Positions 1 to 10,602 of a DNA stretch of 64,000 nucleotides are shown one piece after another (the stretch's first letter is position 1; each line of letters begins with the position of its first letter). The position numbers and the translations under genes were made by a program. This stretch comes from an uncultured Actinomycetes bacterium (lineage in GTDB: Bacteria; Actinomycetota; Acidimicrobiia; IMCC26256; JACDBD01): the NCBI GenBank assembly GCA_963781615.1, contig CAWAGI010000007.1:87652-151651 (forward strand), written 5' to 3'. The notes below the pieces were generated by a model. It did not search any database, had not been told where the DNA came from, and saw nothing but the letters and a program-made list of their open reading frames with translations.

Positions 1-567
1 GTCGACGAGGTGATGCAGCGCGCGGTTGCGCCGACGTTGCATGCGCTGGCCGCACGCGACATCACATACCACGGCGTCCTCTACGCCGGGCTCATGCTGA
101 CACCGGACGGGCTCAAGGTGCTCGAGTACAACGTGCGCTTCGGCGATCCCGAGGCCCAGGCGGTGCTGCCACGCCTGGCGAGCGACTTCGGGCAGTTGTG
201 CCACGACGCGGCAGCCGGTAGCTCAGACCTCGCCACGAAGTTCCGGAACGATGCCTGCGTGACGGTCGTGCTCGCAACCGATGGCTACCCGGCGTCTCCG
301 CGCAAGGGCGACGTCATCGAAGGCATCGACAACGCCGAGCAGCTGCCGGGCGTGACGGTGTTTCACGCCGGCACCAAGCAAGCCGACGGGGGGCAGGTGA
401 TGACCGCCGGAGGGCGCGTGCTCGACGTGACGGCCGTCGCGTCCACCCTGGCCGAGGCGCGCGAGCGCGCCTACGAGGCGGCCGGCCGCATCTCGTGGCC
501 CGGCGTCCAGTACCGGCGGGACATCGCGGCCGCGGCCGTAGAATCAGAGGGAAAGGAGCCCGCGTGA
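1..567 (+). CDS. purD: phosphoribosylamine-glycine ligase, C-terminal part (5-prime end outside window)
   Basis: Open in frame from base 1 (ORF track 10..567). LKVLEYNVRFGDPEAQAVLPRL and GGRVLDVTA are typical of the PurD ATP-grasp C-terminal region. The stop overlaps the purB start (GTGA at 564-567). Confidence 0.9.
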   Translation, partial: VDEVMQRAVAPTLHALAARDITYHGVLYAGLMLTPDGLKVLEYNVRFGDPEAQAVLPRLASDFGQLCHDAAAGSSDLATKFRNDACVTVVLATDGYPASPRKGDVIEGIDNAEQLPGVTVFHAGTKQADGGQVMTAGGRVLDVTAVASTLAEARERAYEAAGRISWPGVQYRRDIAAAAVESEGKEPA

Positions 568-1854
568 TCCCCCGGTACGCCCTGCCCGAGATGGCCGAGC
601 TGTTCACCGACGAGGCGCGGCTCGCCACGTGGCTCGACGTCGAGCTCCTCGCGGTCGAGGCGTGGGCGAAGCTCGGAGTCATCCCGCCGGCGGACGCCGA
701 GGCCATCCGCGACCGGGCATCCGTCACCGCCGCCGCCGTCGAGGAGCGAGAGCGCGTCACCGACCACGACGTCGCCGCCTTCGTCGACGTGGTCCAGGAG
801 TCCGTCGGCCTTCCCGCCGGTGCCTGGGTCCACCACGGCCTGACGTCGAGCGACGTCGTCGACACCGCGCTCTCGGTCACCTTGCTGCGGGCGTGCGACC
901 TCCTGCTCGACGCCGTCGCCGCCCTCGAGCGAGCAATCGCCGTACGGGCGCGCGAGTTCCGCGACACGCCGACAGTCGGGCGCACGCACGGAGTCCACGC
1001 CGAGCCGACGACGTTCGGCGCGAAGCTCGCGCTGTGGGCGCTCCAGCTCCGTCGCGACCGCGACCGCCTCGTCCGCGCCCGCGAGTCGGTGGCCGTCGGC
1101 AAGCTGTCGGGCGTCGTCGGGACCTACTCGAACGTGGACCCCGAGGTGGAGGCCTTCGTCTGCGAGCGGCTGGGGCTCACGCCGGTCCCGGCGAACCAGG
1201 TCGTCGCCCGCGACCGGCACGCCGAGTTCCTCTACGCGTGCGCAACGGTGGGGGCGTCGATCGAGAGCTTCGCCCTCGAGATCCGTCACCTCCAGCGCAC
1301 GGAAGTCCGCGAGGTCGAGGAGCCGTTCCGCGAGGGCACCCAGAAGGGCTCGAGCGCGATGCCCCACAAGCGCAACCCGTGGCGCTGCGAGCAGCTGTGC
1401 GGTCTGGCGCGCGTGCTGCGCGCCAACCTCCAGGCCGGCCTCGAGGACATCGCCCTCTGGCACGAGCGCGACATCTCACACTCCTCGGTGGAACGCATCG
1501 TCCTCGCCGACTCGGCGCAGCTCGCGTTCTACGTGCTCGTGCAGTTCCGGAAGATCGTCGAGGGGATGCGCGTGCATCCCGACCGGATGCTCGAGAACCT
1601 CGACTCCTCGTACGGGCTCGTGTTCAGCCAACCCGTGCTGCTGGCGCTCGTCGACGCCGGTCGGTCGCGCGACGACGCCTACCGGATCGTGCAACGCGCC
1701 GCGACGCGCACGTGGGAGGAGCGTGCTTCCGTTCCGCGCCGTGCTCGACGACGATCCCGACGTGCGCGCCACGCTCACGCCCGAGCGTCTCGACGAGTGC
1801 TTCGATCTCGGCCGCGCCCTCGCCCACGCCGGCCGGGCCGTGGATACGCTGTGA
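564..1854 (+). pseudogene. purB: adenylosuccinate lyase, reading frame broken near 1731 as sequenced
   Basis: From GTG 564 within ORF 495..1985: VIPRYALPEMAELF, GKLSGVVGTYSN and SSAMPHKRNP lyase signatures. After TWEERAS the frame becomes Arg-rich nonsense. The +1 frame from 1732 reads FRAVLDDDPDVRATLTPERLDECFDLGRALAHAGRAVDTL with a stop at 1852-1854. Confidence 0.85.
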
Positions 1855-1981
1855 GGGCAGCACCTCGGCCAGGCGCCGGGGCTTCCCCGGCGCCGTACCG
1901 AGAAGATGGTGGGCTGGAGCACTTGCGCTCGCAACTGCGACCAGAAATGTTCGCGCTCGACGTGCCGGCGACGTCCCGCCC

Positions 1982-2896
1982 GTGACGGGCATCGCGCTCC
2001 CGCACGCGTACACCGGCAAAGTCCGCGACCTGTACGACGTCGACCACGACCGCTTGCTGATCGTCGCGTCCGATCGCATCTCCGTCTTCGACGTGGTCCT
2101 CGACGATCTCGTCCCCGACAAGGGCCGGGCGCTGACGGCCCTGTCGACGTTCTGGTTCGAGGAGACCGCCGACCTCGCGCCCAACCACCTGATCTCGTCG
2201 GACCCCACCGACTTCCCGGAGACGGCCGGGTCCGACGTCGCGGGGCGGGCGATGCTGGTGCGCGCCACCCAGCCGGTCCGGCTCGAGTGCATCGGCCGGG
2301 GCTACCTGTTCGGGTCGGCGTGGTCCGAGTACGAGGAGCGGGGGACGGTCTACGGCCGGGCGATGCCGTCCGGGCTGCGTCAGGCCGAGCGCCTCCCGGA
2401 TCCGCTCTTCACGGCGACGACCAAAGCCGAGTCGGGCCACGACGAGCCGTTGACGGACGCCGCCGCCGCCGAGCTGGTGGGCGGGGAGCTCCTCGAGCAG
2501 ATCCGCGACGTCACGTTGCGCGTGTACGGGTTCGGCGCCGCGCTGGCCGAGTCGCGCGGGCTCATCCTCGCCGACACGAAGCTCGAGTTCGGCGTCCTCG
2601 ACGGCCGGCTGCTCGTGATCGACGAGATGCTCACGCCGGACTCCTCGCGCTACTGGCCCGGCGACGAGTACCGCGTCGGCATCTCGCCGCCGAGCTTCGA
2701 CAAGCAGTACGTGCGCGACTACTACCTCGGCACCGACTGGGATCGCAGCTCGCCGGCGCCGCGCCTCCCGGCCGACGTGATCCTCGGCACGCGCTCGCGG
2801 TATGTCGAGGCGTACGAGCTGTTGACTGGGAAGAGCTTCGACGAATGGCACGGCCCCGAGGAACCGAGAATCGAAGATGCCCGCCGGTACGATTGA
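1982..2896 (+). CDS. purC: phosphoribosylaminoimidazole-succinocarboxamide (SAICAR) synthase
   Basis: Last 304 codons of ORF 629..2896, starting at GTG 1982. Motifs: YTGKVRDLYDV, ASDRISVFD, ILADTKLEFG, LTPDSSRYW. Confidence 0.9.
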   Translation: MTGIALPHAYTGKVRDLYDVDHDRLLIVASDRISVFDVVLDDLVPDKGRALTALSTFWFEETADLAPNHLISSDPTDFPETAGSDVAGRAMLVRATQPVRLECIGRGYLFGSAWSEYEERGTVYGRAMPSGLRQAERLPDPLFTATTKAESGHDEPLTDAAAAELVGGELLEQIRDVTLRVYGFGAALAESRGLILADTKLEFGVLDGRLLVIDEMLTPDSSRYWPGDEYRVGISPPSFDKQYVRDYYLGTDWDRSSPAPRLPADVILGTRSRYVEAYELLTGKSFDEWHGPEEPRIEDARRYD

Positions 2897-2902
2897 ATCT
2901 GC

Positions 2903-3172
2903 ATGAAGTACGAAGCGCGCGTCGAGATCACACATCTTCCCGGGATCGCCGATCCGCAGGGCGCCACGGTCGAGCGGTCGTTGCCCGCGCTCGGCTACGA
3001 CAACGTCTCGGACGTGCGTGTCGGCAAGAGCATCCGGTTGGTCGTCGCCGCGGCCGACGAATCCGCCGCCCGTGCCCAAATCGACGAGATGTGCCGCCGG
3101 CTGCTCGCCAACCCGGTGATCGAGGCGTACGCGATCGAGCTCACCGAGCTGGCGTCGGCGTCGGAGGCGTGA
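2903..3172 (+). CDS. purS: FGAM synthase subunit PurS
   Basis: 89-aa ORF (MKYEARVEITHLPGIADPQGATVERSL...) lying between purC and purQ, the usual purS position. Confidence 0.9.
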   Translation: MKYEARVEITHLPGIADPQGATVERSLPALGYDNVSDVRVGKSIRLVVAAADESAARAQIDEMCRRLLANPVIEAYAIELTELASASEA

Positions 3173-3179
3173 GGCCGAG

Positions 3180-3863
3180 GTGAGCGCCCGCGTCGGCATC
3201 GTCGTCTTCCCGGGCACGAACTGCGAGCTCGACGTGGCGTGGGCGATCGAAAAGCTCGGTGGGTCGCCGGAGACGCTCTGGCACGCCGACGCCGAGCTCC
3301 GCGGCGCGGACGCCGTGGTCGTCCCGGGCGGGTTCGCGCACGGCGACTACCTGCGCACCGGTGCGATCGCCCGCTTCTCGCCCGTGATGGAAGCGGTGGC
3401 GCGGTTCGCGGCGGCAGGCGGGCCGGTCGTAGGCATCTGCAACGGCTTCCAGGTGCTCACCGAAGCCGGGTTGCTGCCGGGCGCGCTCCAGAAGAACGCG
3501 GGGCTGAGCTTCCTCTGCGAAACGGTCGAATGCCGGGTGGAGACGAGCCGATCCCCGCTCACGGGGCTCGCCGAGCCCGGGAGCGTGCTTCGTCTCCCGA
3601 TCAACCACTTCGAGGGCAGCTACGTGTGCGACGAGACGACGCGGCGCCGGCTGCGTGACGACGATCGCGTCGTCCTGCGCTACGTGCGCAACCCGAACGG
3701 CAGCATCGACGACATCGCCGGCGTGTGCAGCGAGCAGCACAACGTCGTCGGGCTCATGCCCCATCCGGAGCGTGCCTCCGAGCCACTGCTGGGATCGACG
3801 GATGGCGTCGTGCTCCTCCGCTCGTTGCTCACGACCGCGTCCGAGGGCGTCGCCGTCGCTTAG
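3180..3863 (+). CDS. purQ: FGAM synthase glutaminase subunit PurQ
   Basis: GTG start. Class I amidotransferase motifs: [18 protein letters not shown] (Cys nucleophile) and MPHPER. Confidence 0.9.
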   Translation: MSARVGIVVFPGTNCELDVAWAIEKLGGSPETLWHADAELRGADAVVVPGGFAHGDYLRTGAIARFSPVMEAVARFAAAGGPVVGICNGFQVLTEAGLLPGALQKNAGLSFLCETVECRVETSRSPLTGLAEPGSVLRLPINHFEGSYVCDETTRRRLRDDDRVVLRYVRNPNGSIDDIAGVCSEQHNVVGLMPHPERASEPLLGSTDGVVLLRSLLTTASEGVAVA

Positions 3864-4270
3864 CTGCCGCGCGCGATCCCGGCCTTGCGGAGCACGTCGG
3901 GAGAGACGCCCAGCTCGCGCCACGCCGCGTACGAGATGCTCTTGCGCTCGGCGTAGCCCTTGGCCACCTTCACGAAGTCGCGCTCGAGCCCGGTGAGGTC
4001 GTCGGCGGCGTCGATCCGATCGAGCTCGCGTTCGAGGTCCATGCGCTCCTGGACGAGTTGCAGCCGGTGCAGCGGTGCCGCGTCGGCCAGCTCGGATTCG
4101 ACCGCCTTCAGGCGCTTCTCGATGGATGCCGGCGTGCGCGGGCGACCGCGCCGCGGGCGGTTCTGGTCCAGCGCCTCGAGGTAGGAGCGCACCGCGCGTC
4201 CCTCTGCGCGGCCCTGGGCCAGCGCCCGCTTGTGCTCGGCGGTCATCGTGCTCTTTCGAGCTGCGGCCAT
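3860..4270 (-). CDS. hypothetical charged coiled-coil protein
   Basis: ORF track 3860..4297. I prefer the ATG at 4270, which is preceded by GGGAGGGG. Sequence: [24 protein letters not shown] ... [26 protein letters not shown] recognise no family. Confidence 0.55.
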   Translation of the reverse strand: MAAARKSTMTAEHKRALAQGRAEGRAVRSYLEALDQNRPRRGRPRTPASIEKRLKAVESELADAAPLHRLQLVQERMDLERELDRIDAADDLTGLERDFVKVAKGYAERKSISYAAWRELGVSPDVLRKAGIARGS

Positions 4271-4285
4271 TCGGCGACCCCTCCC

Positions 4286-4317
4286 TTGCGATTTCACGCC
4301 TTTTGCGATTTCACGCC
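4286..4317. repeat. perfect 15-bp tandem direct repeat in a divergent promoter region
   Basis: TTGCGATTTCACGCC occurs at 4286-4300 and again at 4303-4317 (17-nt period), between the minus-strand gene 3860..4270 and purL. Two further ATTTCGG copies lie at 4324 and 4347. Confidence 0.8.
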
Positions 4318-4381
4318 CAGTCTATTTCGGTATTGGGTACAGCTCCATTTCGGGGACGGAGACCGCCGATACCCTGGCGGC

Positions 4382-6619
4382 ATGGAGCCCCTCCACCGCC
4401 GGCTCGGCCTCACCGACGACGAGCTGGCGGCGGTCGTCGAGCTGCTCGGACGCGAGCCGACGGAGCTGGAGCTCGCGATGTTCGCGGTGATGTGGTCGGA
4501 GCACTGCTCGTACAAGTCGTCGCGGGCGCACCTCCGGCGGCTGCCCACCGAGGCGCCGTGGGTGCTCGTCGGCCCGGGCGAGGGCGCCGGGGTCGTCGAC
4601 ATCGGCGACGGCCTTGCGGTCGCGGTCCGGATCGAGAGCCACAACCACCCGTCGGCGGTCGAGCCCTACCAGGGCGCGGCGACGGGAGTCGGCGGCATCA
4701 TTCGCGACATCTTCTCGATGGGCGCGCGCCCTCTTGCGCTCATGGACCCACTCCGCTTCGGCCCACTGGACGACGCACGGACGCGCTACCTGCTCGAAGG
4801 CGTCGTGTCCGGGATCAGCGGCTACGGCAACGCGGTCGGCGTTCCCACCGTCGGCGGCGAGGTCGTGTTCGACGACTGCTACCGCGAGAACCCGCTCGTG
4901 AACGTCCTGTGCCTCGGCCTGCTCCCGCACGACCGGCTCGTGCTCGCCCGCGCCCGCGGCGAGGGGAACCTCGCCGTGCTGCTCGGGTCCTCGACCGGGC
5001 GCGACGGCATCGGCGGCGCCAGCGTGCTCGCGTCGGCCGGGTTCGAGGAGGGCGCGGAGGAGAAGCGCCCATCCGTGCAGGTGGGCGACCCGCTGGAGGA
5101 GAAGAAGCTCATCGAAGCGTGCCTCGCGCTGCTCGACGCCGGTCTGGCCGTCGGTGTGCAGGATCTGGGCGCCGCCGGGCTCTCGTGCGCGGCTTCGGAG
5201 ACGGCCGCCAAGGCCGGCGCCGGCATGGACGTCGACGTGGCGCGCGTGCGCCGCCGCGAGCCGGGCATGAGCGCGGTCGAGGTCATGACCTCCGAGAGTC
5301 AGGAGCGGATGCTCGTGATCGTGCAGCCCGACGATCTCGACGAGGTGCTCGGCCTGTGCGACCGGTGGGAGATCGATGCGTCCGTGGTCGGCCGGGTGAC
5401 CGACAGCCGGCGGTTCCGGGTGTTCGACGGGGTGTTCGACGAGCCCGGCGGCGCAGACGGTGACGCCGAGCCGCTGGCCGACGTCCCCGTCGAGAGCCTG
5501 GGCGACGGCCCTCTCTACGACCGGCCGCGCGCCCGCCCCGAGGGACAGGATGCGCTGCAAGCGGCCGACCCGGCGCCCGAGCTCGTTGCCCGTCTCCCCG
5601 CCGGCGCCGATGTCTCGGGTGAGCTCCTGGCGCTGCTCGCAACGCCGACGATCGCGGACAAGTCGTGGGTGTGGCGCCAGTACGACCATCAACTGTTCCT
5701 CAACACCGTCGCCGGCCCCGGCGGGGACGCCGCCGTCCTGCGCCTGAAGGGGACGGACCGCGCGCTCGCGCTCACGACCGACGGCAAGGGCCGGTTCTGC
5801 CGCCTCGACCCGCGCACCGGCGGTCGGCTCGCCGTGCTCGAGGCCGCCCGCAACGTCGCCTGTGTCGGCGCCCGGCCCCTCGCCCTTGTCAACTGCTTGA
5901 ACTTCGGCAATCCCGAGCATCCCGAGGTGATGTGGCAGTTCACCGAGGTGGTCGAGGGCATGAGCGAGGCGGCCGCCGGGCTCGAGATCCCGATCGTCGG
6001 CGGCAACGTCAGCTTCTACAACGAGTCACTCGGTCACGACATCGACCCGACCCCGGTCGTCGGGCTCCTCGGCCTGGTCGACGAGCTGGACGACCGCCCG
6101 CCGCCCGCGACCCTCGTCGAGGGAACGCGCATCGTCGTGCTCGGCGAGACGGCGACCGAGCTCGGCGGGTCGGAGTGGGCCGCCGTCGTCCACGGCCTCG
6201 ACGGCGGGATGCCACCCCGCGCCGACGTGGCCGCGGCGCGGGCCGTCAACGAGGTGGTGCGCACGCTCGTGGCCGGGGGTCTCGTCGACGGCGTGCACGA
6301 CTGCGCCGACGGTGGCCTCGCGGTCGCGCTGGCCGAGATGGCGGTCGCCGGCGAGTGCGGGTTCGACGTTGCGATCGGCGGCGCGCTCGAGTGCTTCTCC
6401 GAGTCCGCGTCGCGTGTCGTGTGCGCGGTCGACCCGGCGCTCGTCGGCGAGGTGCTGTCTCGAGCCGGCTCGGCCGGTGTCCCCGCTGTCGACGTCGGCG
6501 AGGCAAGGAGTGACCGGCTCGTCGCCCACGACGCGTTCGACGTGGCGCTGTCCGACGCGTCCCGCGCCTGGCGCGACGCGATCCCGGACGCGCTCGGCGC
6601 CGACGTCGTCGCGCGCTAG
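4382..6619 (+). CDS. purL: FGAM synthase II (large subunit)
   Basis: ATG 4382 inside ORF 3725..6619. Motifs: [50 protein letters not shown]. Confidence 0.92.
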   Translation: MEPLHRRLGLTDDELAAVVELLGREPTELELAMFAVMWSEHCSYKSSRAHLRRLPTEAPWVLVGPGEGAGVVDIGDGLAVAVRIESHNHPSAVEPYQGAATGVGGIIRDIFSMGARPLALMDPLRFGPLDDARTRYLLEGVVSGISGYGNAVGVPTVGGEVVFDDCYRENPLVNVLCLGLLPHDRLVLARARGEGNLAVLLGSSTGRDGIGGASVLASAGFEEGAEEKRPSVQVGDPLEEKKLIEACLALLDAGLAVGVQDLGAAGLSCAASETAAKAGAGMDVDVARVRRREPGMSAVEVMTSESQERMLVIVQPDDLDEVLGLCDRWEIDASVVGRVTDSRRFRVFDGVFDEPGGADGDAEPLADVPVESLGDGPLYDRPRARPEGQDALQAADPAPELVARLPAGADVSGELLALLATPTIADKSWVWRQYDHQLFLNTVAGPGGDAAVLRLKGTDRALALTTDGKGRFCRLDPRTGGRLAVLEAARNVACVGARPLALVNCLNFGNPEHPEVMWQFTEVVEGMSEAAAGLEIPIVGGNVSFYNESLGHDIDPTPVVGLLGLVDELDDRPPPATLVEGTRIVVLGETATELGGSEWAAVVHGLDGGMPPRADVAAARAVNEVVRTLVAGGLVDGVHDCADGGLAVALAEMAVAGECGFDVAIGGALECFSESASRVVCAVDPALVGEVLSRAGSAGVPAVDVGEARSDRLVAHDAFDVALSDASRAWRDAIPDALGADVVAR

Positions 6620-7461
6620 GGCCGGCGCGACTCGAGCTCGGCCAGGTACTCGTCGGGCACGCGTAGGTCGCCCCGCCCGACGCCGACGAAGAGACCGGGC
6701 TTGTTCTCGCCGTGGTAGTCGGACCCTCCGCTCCGCGCGAGCCCGTGGCGCCGGGCCAGCTCGTGGAAGGGCGCCCGCTCCTCGGGGGTGTACGCCCCGT
6801 ACTCGCACTCGAGGCCGTCGAGCCCTGCACCGGCGAGCTCGCCGACGAACGCGTCGAGCGCGCCGTCGGTCAGCTCCAGTGAGCCGGGATGCGCGACTGC
6901 GCACACACCGCCGGACGCGTGCGTGAGGTCGATGGCGTCCTCCGGACGAAGGCGGTCGCGCTCGAAGTACGCGGGCTGCCCCTTGCCCAGCCACACGTCG
7001 AAGGCCTCCTGTATCGAACTGACGTAGCCGGCCTCCATGAGCACGCGGGCGATGTGCGGACGGCCGACCGAGCCGGGACCCGCCTGTGCGCGTACCGCAT
7101 CCTCCGTGATCGGGACGCCGTTCTCGTTCAGCGCGTCCACGATCTGGACGTTGCGCTCGTTCCGGGCGACCTGGAGCTCAGCCAGCCGGTCCTGGAGCTC
7201 GCCCGCGCCGTCGTCGACGAAGAACACGAGGAGGTGCATGGTTCCCGGCGCCCGCCCGCCGAGCTCGCACGAGATCTCGCATCCCGGGACCAATCGCATC
7301 GCGCGCGCCTCGGCCGCCGCGCGCGCTTCGGCCACGTGCTCGAGCGTGTCGTGGTCGGTGAGGGCGAGCGCCGAGACGCCTGCCTCGCCTGCCAACTCGA
7401 CCACTCTGCTCGGCGTGTCGGTGCCGTCCGACATGGTCGAGTGGCTGTGGAGGTCGATCAC
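6616..7461 (-). CDS. PHP-family metal-dependent phosphoesterase (TrpH/YciV type)
   Basis: N-terminal [12 protein letters not shown] and [11 protein letters not shown] motifs. Its start overlaps the cysC stop by 4 nt. Confidence 0.8.
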   Translation of the reverse strand: MIDLHSHSTMSDGTDTPSRVVELAGEAGVSALALTDHDTLEHVAEARAAAEARAMRLVPGCEISCELGGRAPGTMHLLVFFVDDGAGELQDRLAELQVARNERNVQIVDALNENGVPITEDAVRAQAGPGSVGRPHIARVLMEAGYVSSIQEAFDVWLGKGQPAYFERDRLRPEDAIDLTHASGGVCAVAHPGSLELTDGALDAFVGELAGAGLDGLECEYGAYTPEERAPFHELARRHGLARSGGSDYHGENKPGLFVGVGRGDLRVPDEYLAELESRRP

Positions 7462-8018
7462 GAGCGCGCTTCCGCCGTCCGCGGTGCCGGGCCCGTCAGA
7501 CCGGCGCTTTCGAGGTACTCGATCACCGCCGCCGCCGATGCCGGCACGTCACGATCGTGGGTGACGACCCTCACCTCGGGCGCGCGCGGGGGCTCGTAGG
7601 GGTCCGACACTCCCGTGAACTCGGGGATCGCACCGGCGCGCGCCTTCTCGTACAAGCCTTTGACGTCCCGCTCCTCACAGACGTCGATCGGGGTGTCGAC
7701 GTACACCTCGACGAACCGGTCGACCTTCGCCCGCACCTCGTCCCGGACGGAGCGGTATGGGGAGATCGCCGCCGTCACGGCCACGACCCCGTTGCGGGCG
7801 AGCAGCGCCGCGACCCAGCCGATGCGGCGGATGTTGGTGTCGCGGTCGGCCTTCGAGAAGCCGAGGCCGGCGGACAGGTTCTCTCGCACCTCGTCGCCGT
7901 CGAGCAGCTCGACCCGATGGCCGCGCCGGCGCAACTCGCCCACCACGGCCGCCGCGATCGTGCTCTTGCCCGAGCCGGACAGGCCGGTGAACCACAAGCA
8001 GAAGCCCGTGCTCGCCAC
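7458..8018 (-). CDS. cysC: adenylylsulfate (APS) kinase
   Basis: P-loop [23 protein letters not shown] and [12 protein letters not shown] are typical of APS kinase. Confidence 0.9.
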   Translation of the reverse strand: MASTGFCLWFTGLSGSGKSTIAAAVVGELRRRGHRVELLDGDEVRENLSAGLGFSKADRDTNIRRIGWVAALLARNGVVAVTAAISPYRSVRDEVRAKVDRFVEVYVDTPIDVCEERDVKGLYEKARAGAIPEFTGVSDPYEPPRAPEVRVVTHDRDVPASAAAVIEYLESAGLTGPAPRTAEARS

Positions 8019-8068
8019 GAATGGAAGTTACCGGAGGGTGAACATCCGTACGGCATACTTGTAGCGAG

Positions 8069-9553
8069 ATGGAGCAGCGTCTCGGCCACGCGTGCGGAGT
8101 CTTCGGTGTCTACGCCCCCGGGAAACCGGTGGCCCACCTCTCCTACCTGGGCCTCTTCGCGCTGCAGCACCGCGGCCAGGAGTCGGCCGGCATCGCCGTC
8201 AGCGACGGCGAGACGATCACGGTCGTCAAGGACATGGGTCTCGTCACCCAGGTGTTCGACGAGCGCCGCCTCGCCCCTCTCGACGGCCACCTGGCGATCG
8301 GGCACAACCGCTACTCGACCACGGGATCGAGCAGCTGGCGCAACGCCCAACCCGTGTACCGGTCGGTCGGCGACGCCGGCTTCGCTCTCGGCCACAACGG
8401 CAACCTCACGAACACGGTGCAGTTGGCGGAGACCGTCGGGATGCTCCCGGGCATGACCGCACCCGAGTTCGATCTCGACTCGACGACCGACTCCGCGCTC
8501 GTCGCCGAGCTGGTGGCCCAGGAGTACTCGCCGTCACCCCGCTCCGACGGTCGTGACCTCGAGGTCGCGCTCGAGCGCGTGCTGCCGCGTCTCGAAGGCG
8601 GGTTCTCGTTCGTCCTCATGGACGATGCCCGCCTGATCGGCGTGCGCGATCCGCACGGGTTCTGGCCGCTCACGCTCGGGCGGATCGCGGGTGGGTGGGT
8701 CCTCGCGAGCGAGAGCGCCGCCCTCGACATCGTCGGGGCGCACTACGTGCGCGACGTCGAACCGGGCGAGATGGTGGTCATCGACGCGTCCGGCCTCCGC
8801 TCGCACCACTTCGCCGAGCCGTCACCGAAGCTCTGCCTGTTCGAGTTCGTGTACTTCTCGCGCCCCGACACCAACCTCTACGGACAAAGCGTTCACGCGG
8901 CGCGTCAACGCATGGGCGAAGAGCTCGCCCGCCAGGCGCCGGTCGACGCCGACATGGTGATGCCGGTGCCGGAATCGGGGATCCCCGCCGCGCAGGGTTT
9001 CGCCCGCGCGTCGGGCATCCCGTACGGCGACGGCGTCGTGAAGAACCGCTACATCGGCCGCACGTTCATCGCGCCGACGCCCGAGACGCGTGCCGCCGGC
9101 GTCCGGCTCAAGCTGAACCCGATCCGGGAGAACATCGCCGGGAAGCGCCTCGTCGTCGTCGACGACTCCATCGTCCGTGGGACCACGCAGCTGACGCTCA
9201 CCCGGATGCTGCGCGAGGCGGGAGCGGCGGAGGTGCACCTGCGGGTGACTTCGCCGCCGTACCGGTGGCCGTGCTTCTACGGCATGGACACCGGACGGCG
9301 CCCCGAGCTCGTCGCCGCCGACCTCGAGGTCGGCGAGATCCGGGAGTACCTGGGCGTCGACTCCCTCGCCTACCTCGAGCTGGATCGACTCGTCGGCGCC
9401 ACCGGATCGAGCCCCGAGTCGTTCTGCACCGCCTGCCTCAGCGGTGTGTACCCCGTCCCCGTGCCCGACGCGGACACGAAGCTCGCCCTCGAGGAGGAGA
9501 AGGTCCGCTCGCCCGGAGCCGCAGCCGAGGCGCCCGCCCGCATCGAGCCGTGA
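8069..9553 (+). CDS. purF: amidophosphoribosyltransferase
   Basis: HACGVFGV (Cys nucleophile after a short propeptide), LQHRGQESAGIA, PRTase loop VVVDDSIVRGTT. Confidence 0.92.
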   Translation: MEQRLGHACGVFGVYAPGKPVAHLSYLGLFALQHRGQESAGIAVSDGETITVVKDMGLVTQVFDERRLAPLDGHLAIGHNRYSTTGSSSWRNAQPVYRSVGDAGFALGHNGNLTNTVQLAETVGMLPGMTAPEFDLDSTTDSALVAELVAQEYSPSPRSDGRDLEVALERVLPRLEGGFSFVLMDDARLIGVRDPHGFWPLTLGRIAGGWVLASESAALDIVGAHYVRDVEPGEMVVIDASGLRSHHFAEPSPKLCLFEFVYFSRPDTNLYGQSVHAARQRMGEELARQAPVDADMVMPVPESGIPAAQGFARASGIPYGDGVVKNRYIGRTFIAPTPETRAAGVRLKLNPIRENIAGKRLVVVDDSIVRGTTQLTLTRMLREAGAAEVHLRVTSPPYRWPCFYGMDTGRRPELVAADLEVGEIREYLGVDSLAYLELDRLVGATGSSPESFCTACLSGVYPVPVPDADTKLALEEEKVRSPGAAAEAPARIEP

Positions 9554-10602
9554 CCCGGCGCGATCGGGAGCGCGAGCCGCTCACCTACACCGACGCCGGC
9601 GTCGACACCGGCGCGGGCGAGAAGGCCGTCGAGCTCATCAAGCAGCACGTCCGGTCGACCTTCCGCCCCGAGGTGGTCGGCGACGTCGGCGGCTTCGGGG
9701 GGCTCTTCGCATTCCCGCACGGGCGGTTCCGCGACCCGCTGCTCGTCGCGTCGACGGACGGGGTGGGCACGAAGGCCGTCGTCGCCCAGCTGACGGGCCG
9801 CTACCGCACCATCGGCATCGATTGCGTCGCCATGTCGGTCGACGACGTCGCCGCCAACGGCGCCGAGCCGCTCTTCTTCCTCGACTACATCTCGGTTGGC
9901 AAGCTCGTCCCGGAGACGATCGACGAGCTCGTCGCCGGCGTCGCCGACGGATGCCGCCAAGCCGGATGCGCGTTGCTCGGAGGTGAGATGTCCGAGCACG
10001 GCGGGGTCATGGAGCCGGGCGAGTTCGACCTCGTCGGCTTCGCCGTCGGCGTGGTCGAACGGTCCCGTGTGCTCCCTGCCGATGTCCGTCCCGGCGACGC
10101 GGTCGTCGGCTTCGCCAGCGGCGGCCTGCGCTGCAACGGCTACTCCCTGGCGCGGCGAGCGTTGCTCGACGTCGACGGACGGGACCTCGACGGCCCGGCG
10201 TGGGCGGACGCGGACCGCTCGCTCGCCGACGAGCTCCTACGGCCCAGCGTGATCTACGCGCCGTCGATGCTCGAGCTTCGACGCGATGTCGAGGTGCACG
10301 CGTTCGCGCACGTGACGGGTGGAGGGATCGTCGGGAACCTCGCCCGCGTCCTGCCCGACGATTGCGACGCCGTCGTGTGGCACGACGCCTGGGAGCGGCC
10401 CCGCATCTTCGCCGAGGTCCAGACGGCGGGCGCCGTGCCCGACACGGAGATGGAGCATGTGTTCAACCTCGGGCTCGGAATGTTGGCCGTCGTGCCCGGC
10501 AACGCCGTGCAGCCCACCCTCGACGCCGTGCGGGCCGCAGGCCACGAGGCGTGGATCGTGGGGGAGATCACGGCGGGCCACGGCCATGCCCAGATCGGGT
10601 GA
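9550..10602 (+). CDS. purM: phosphoribosylformylglycinamidine cyclo-ligase (AIR synthase)
   Basis: GTG 9550 overlaps the purF stop (GTGA), inside ORF 8695..10602. Motifs: LTYTDAGVD, ASTDGVGTK, FLDYISVGKL, LLGGEMSEH. Confidence 0.9.
   Translation: MTRRDREREPLTYTDAGVDTGAGEKAVELIKQHVRSTFRPEVVGDVGGFGGLFAFPHGRFRDPLLVASTDGVGTKAVVAQLTGRYRTIGIDCVAMSVDDVAANGAEPLFFLDYISVGKLVPETIDELVAGVADGCRQAGCALLGGEMSEHGGVMEPGEFDLVGFAVGVVERSRVLPADVRPGDAVVGFASGGLRCNGYSLARRALLDVDGRDLDGPAWADADRSLADELLRPSVIYAPSMLELRRDVEVHAFAHVTGGGIVGNLARVLPDDCDAVVWHDAWERPRIFAEVQTAGAVPDTEMEHVFNLGLGMLAVVPGNAVQPTLDAVRAAGHEAWIVGEITAGHGHAQIG

Noticed and set aside
629-2896. Very long N-terminal extensions suggested by the ORF track for purC (755 aa), purL (964 aa), purM (635 aa), YibE/F (882 aa), bioF (558 aa) and others.
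   Set aside because: The upstream parts are nonsense-like and overlap the true upstream genes. Conserved N-termini with overlapping GTGA/ATGA start-stop junctions or Shine-Dalgarno sequences mark the real, shorter starts.
1775-3217. Long ORFs antisense to, or out of frame with, recognised genes. Examples: 314..1102(-), 471..1463(-), 1775..3217(-), 4322..5920(-), 39787..41352(-), 42465..44117(-), 44039..45736(-), 47287..49071(-), 49884..51239(-), 54872..56887(+), 59880..61322(-).
   Set aside because: Their translations are Arg/Ala/Pro/Gly-rich low-complexity strings with no family motifs. Each one fully overlaps a gene with strong motif support on another frame or strand. This is the usual stop-codon-poor artefact of very GC-rich DNA.
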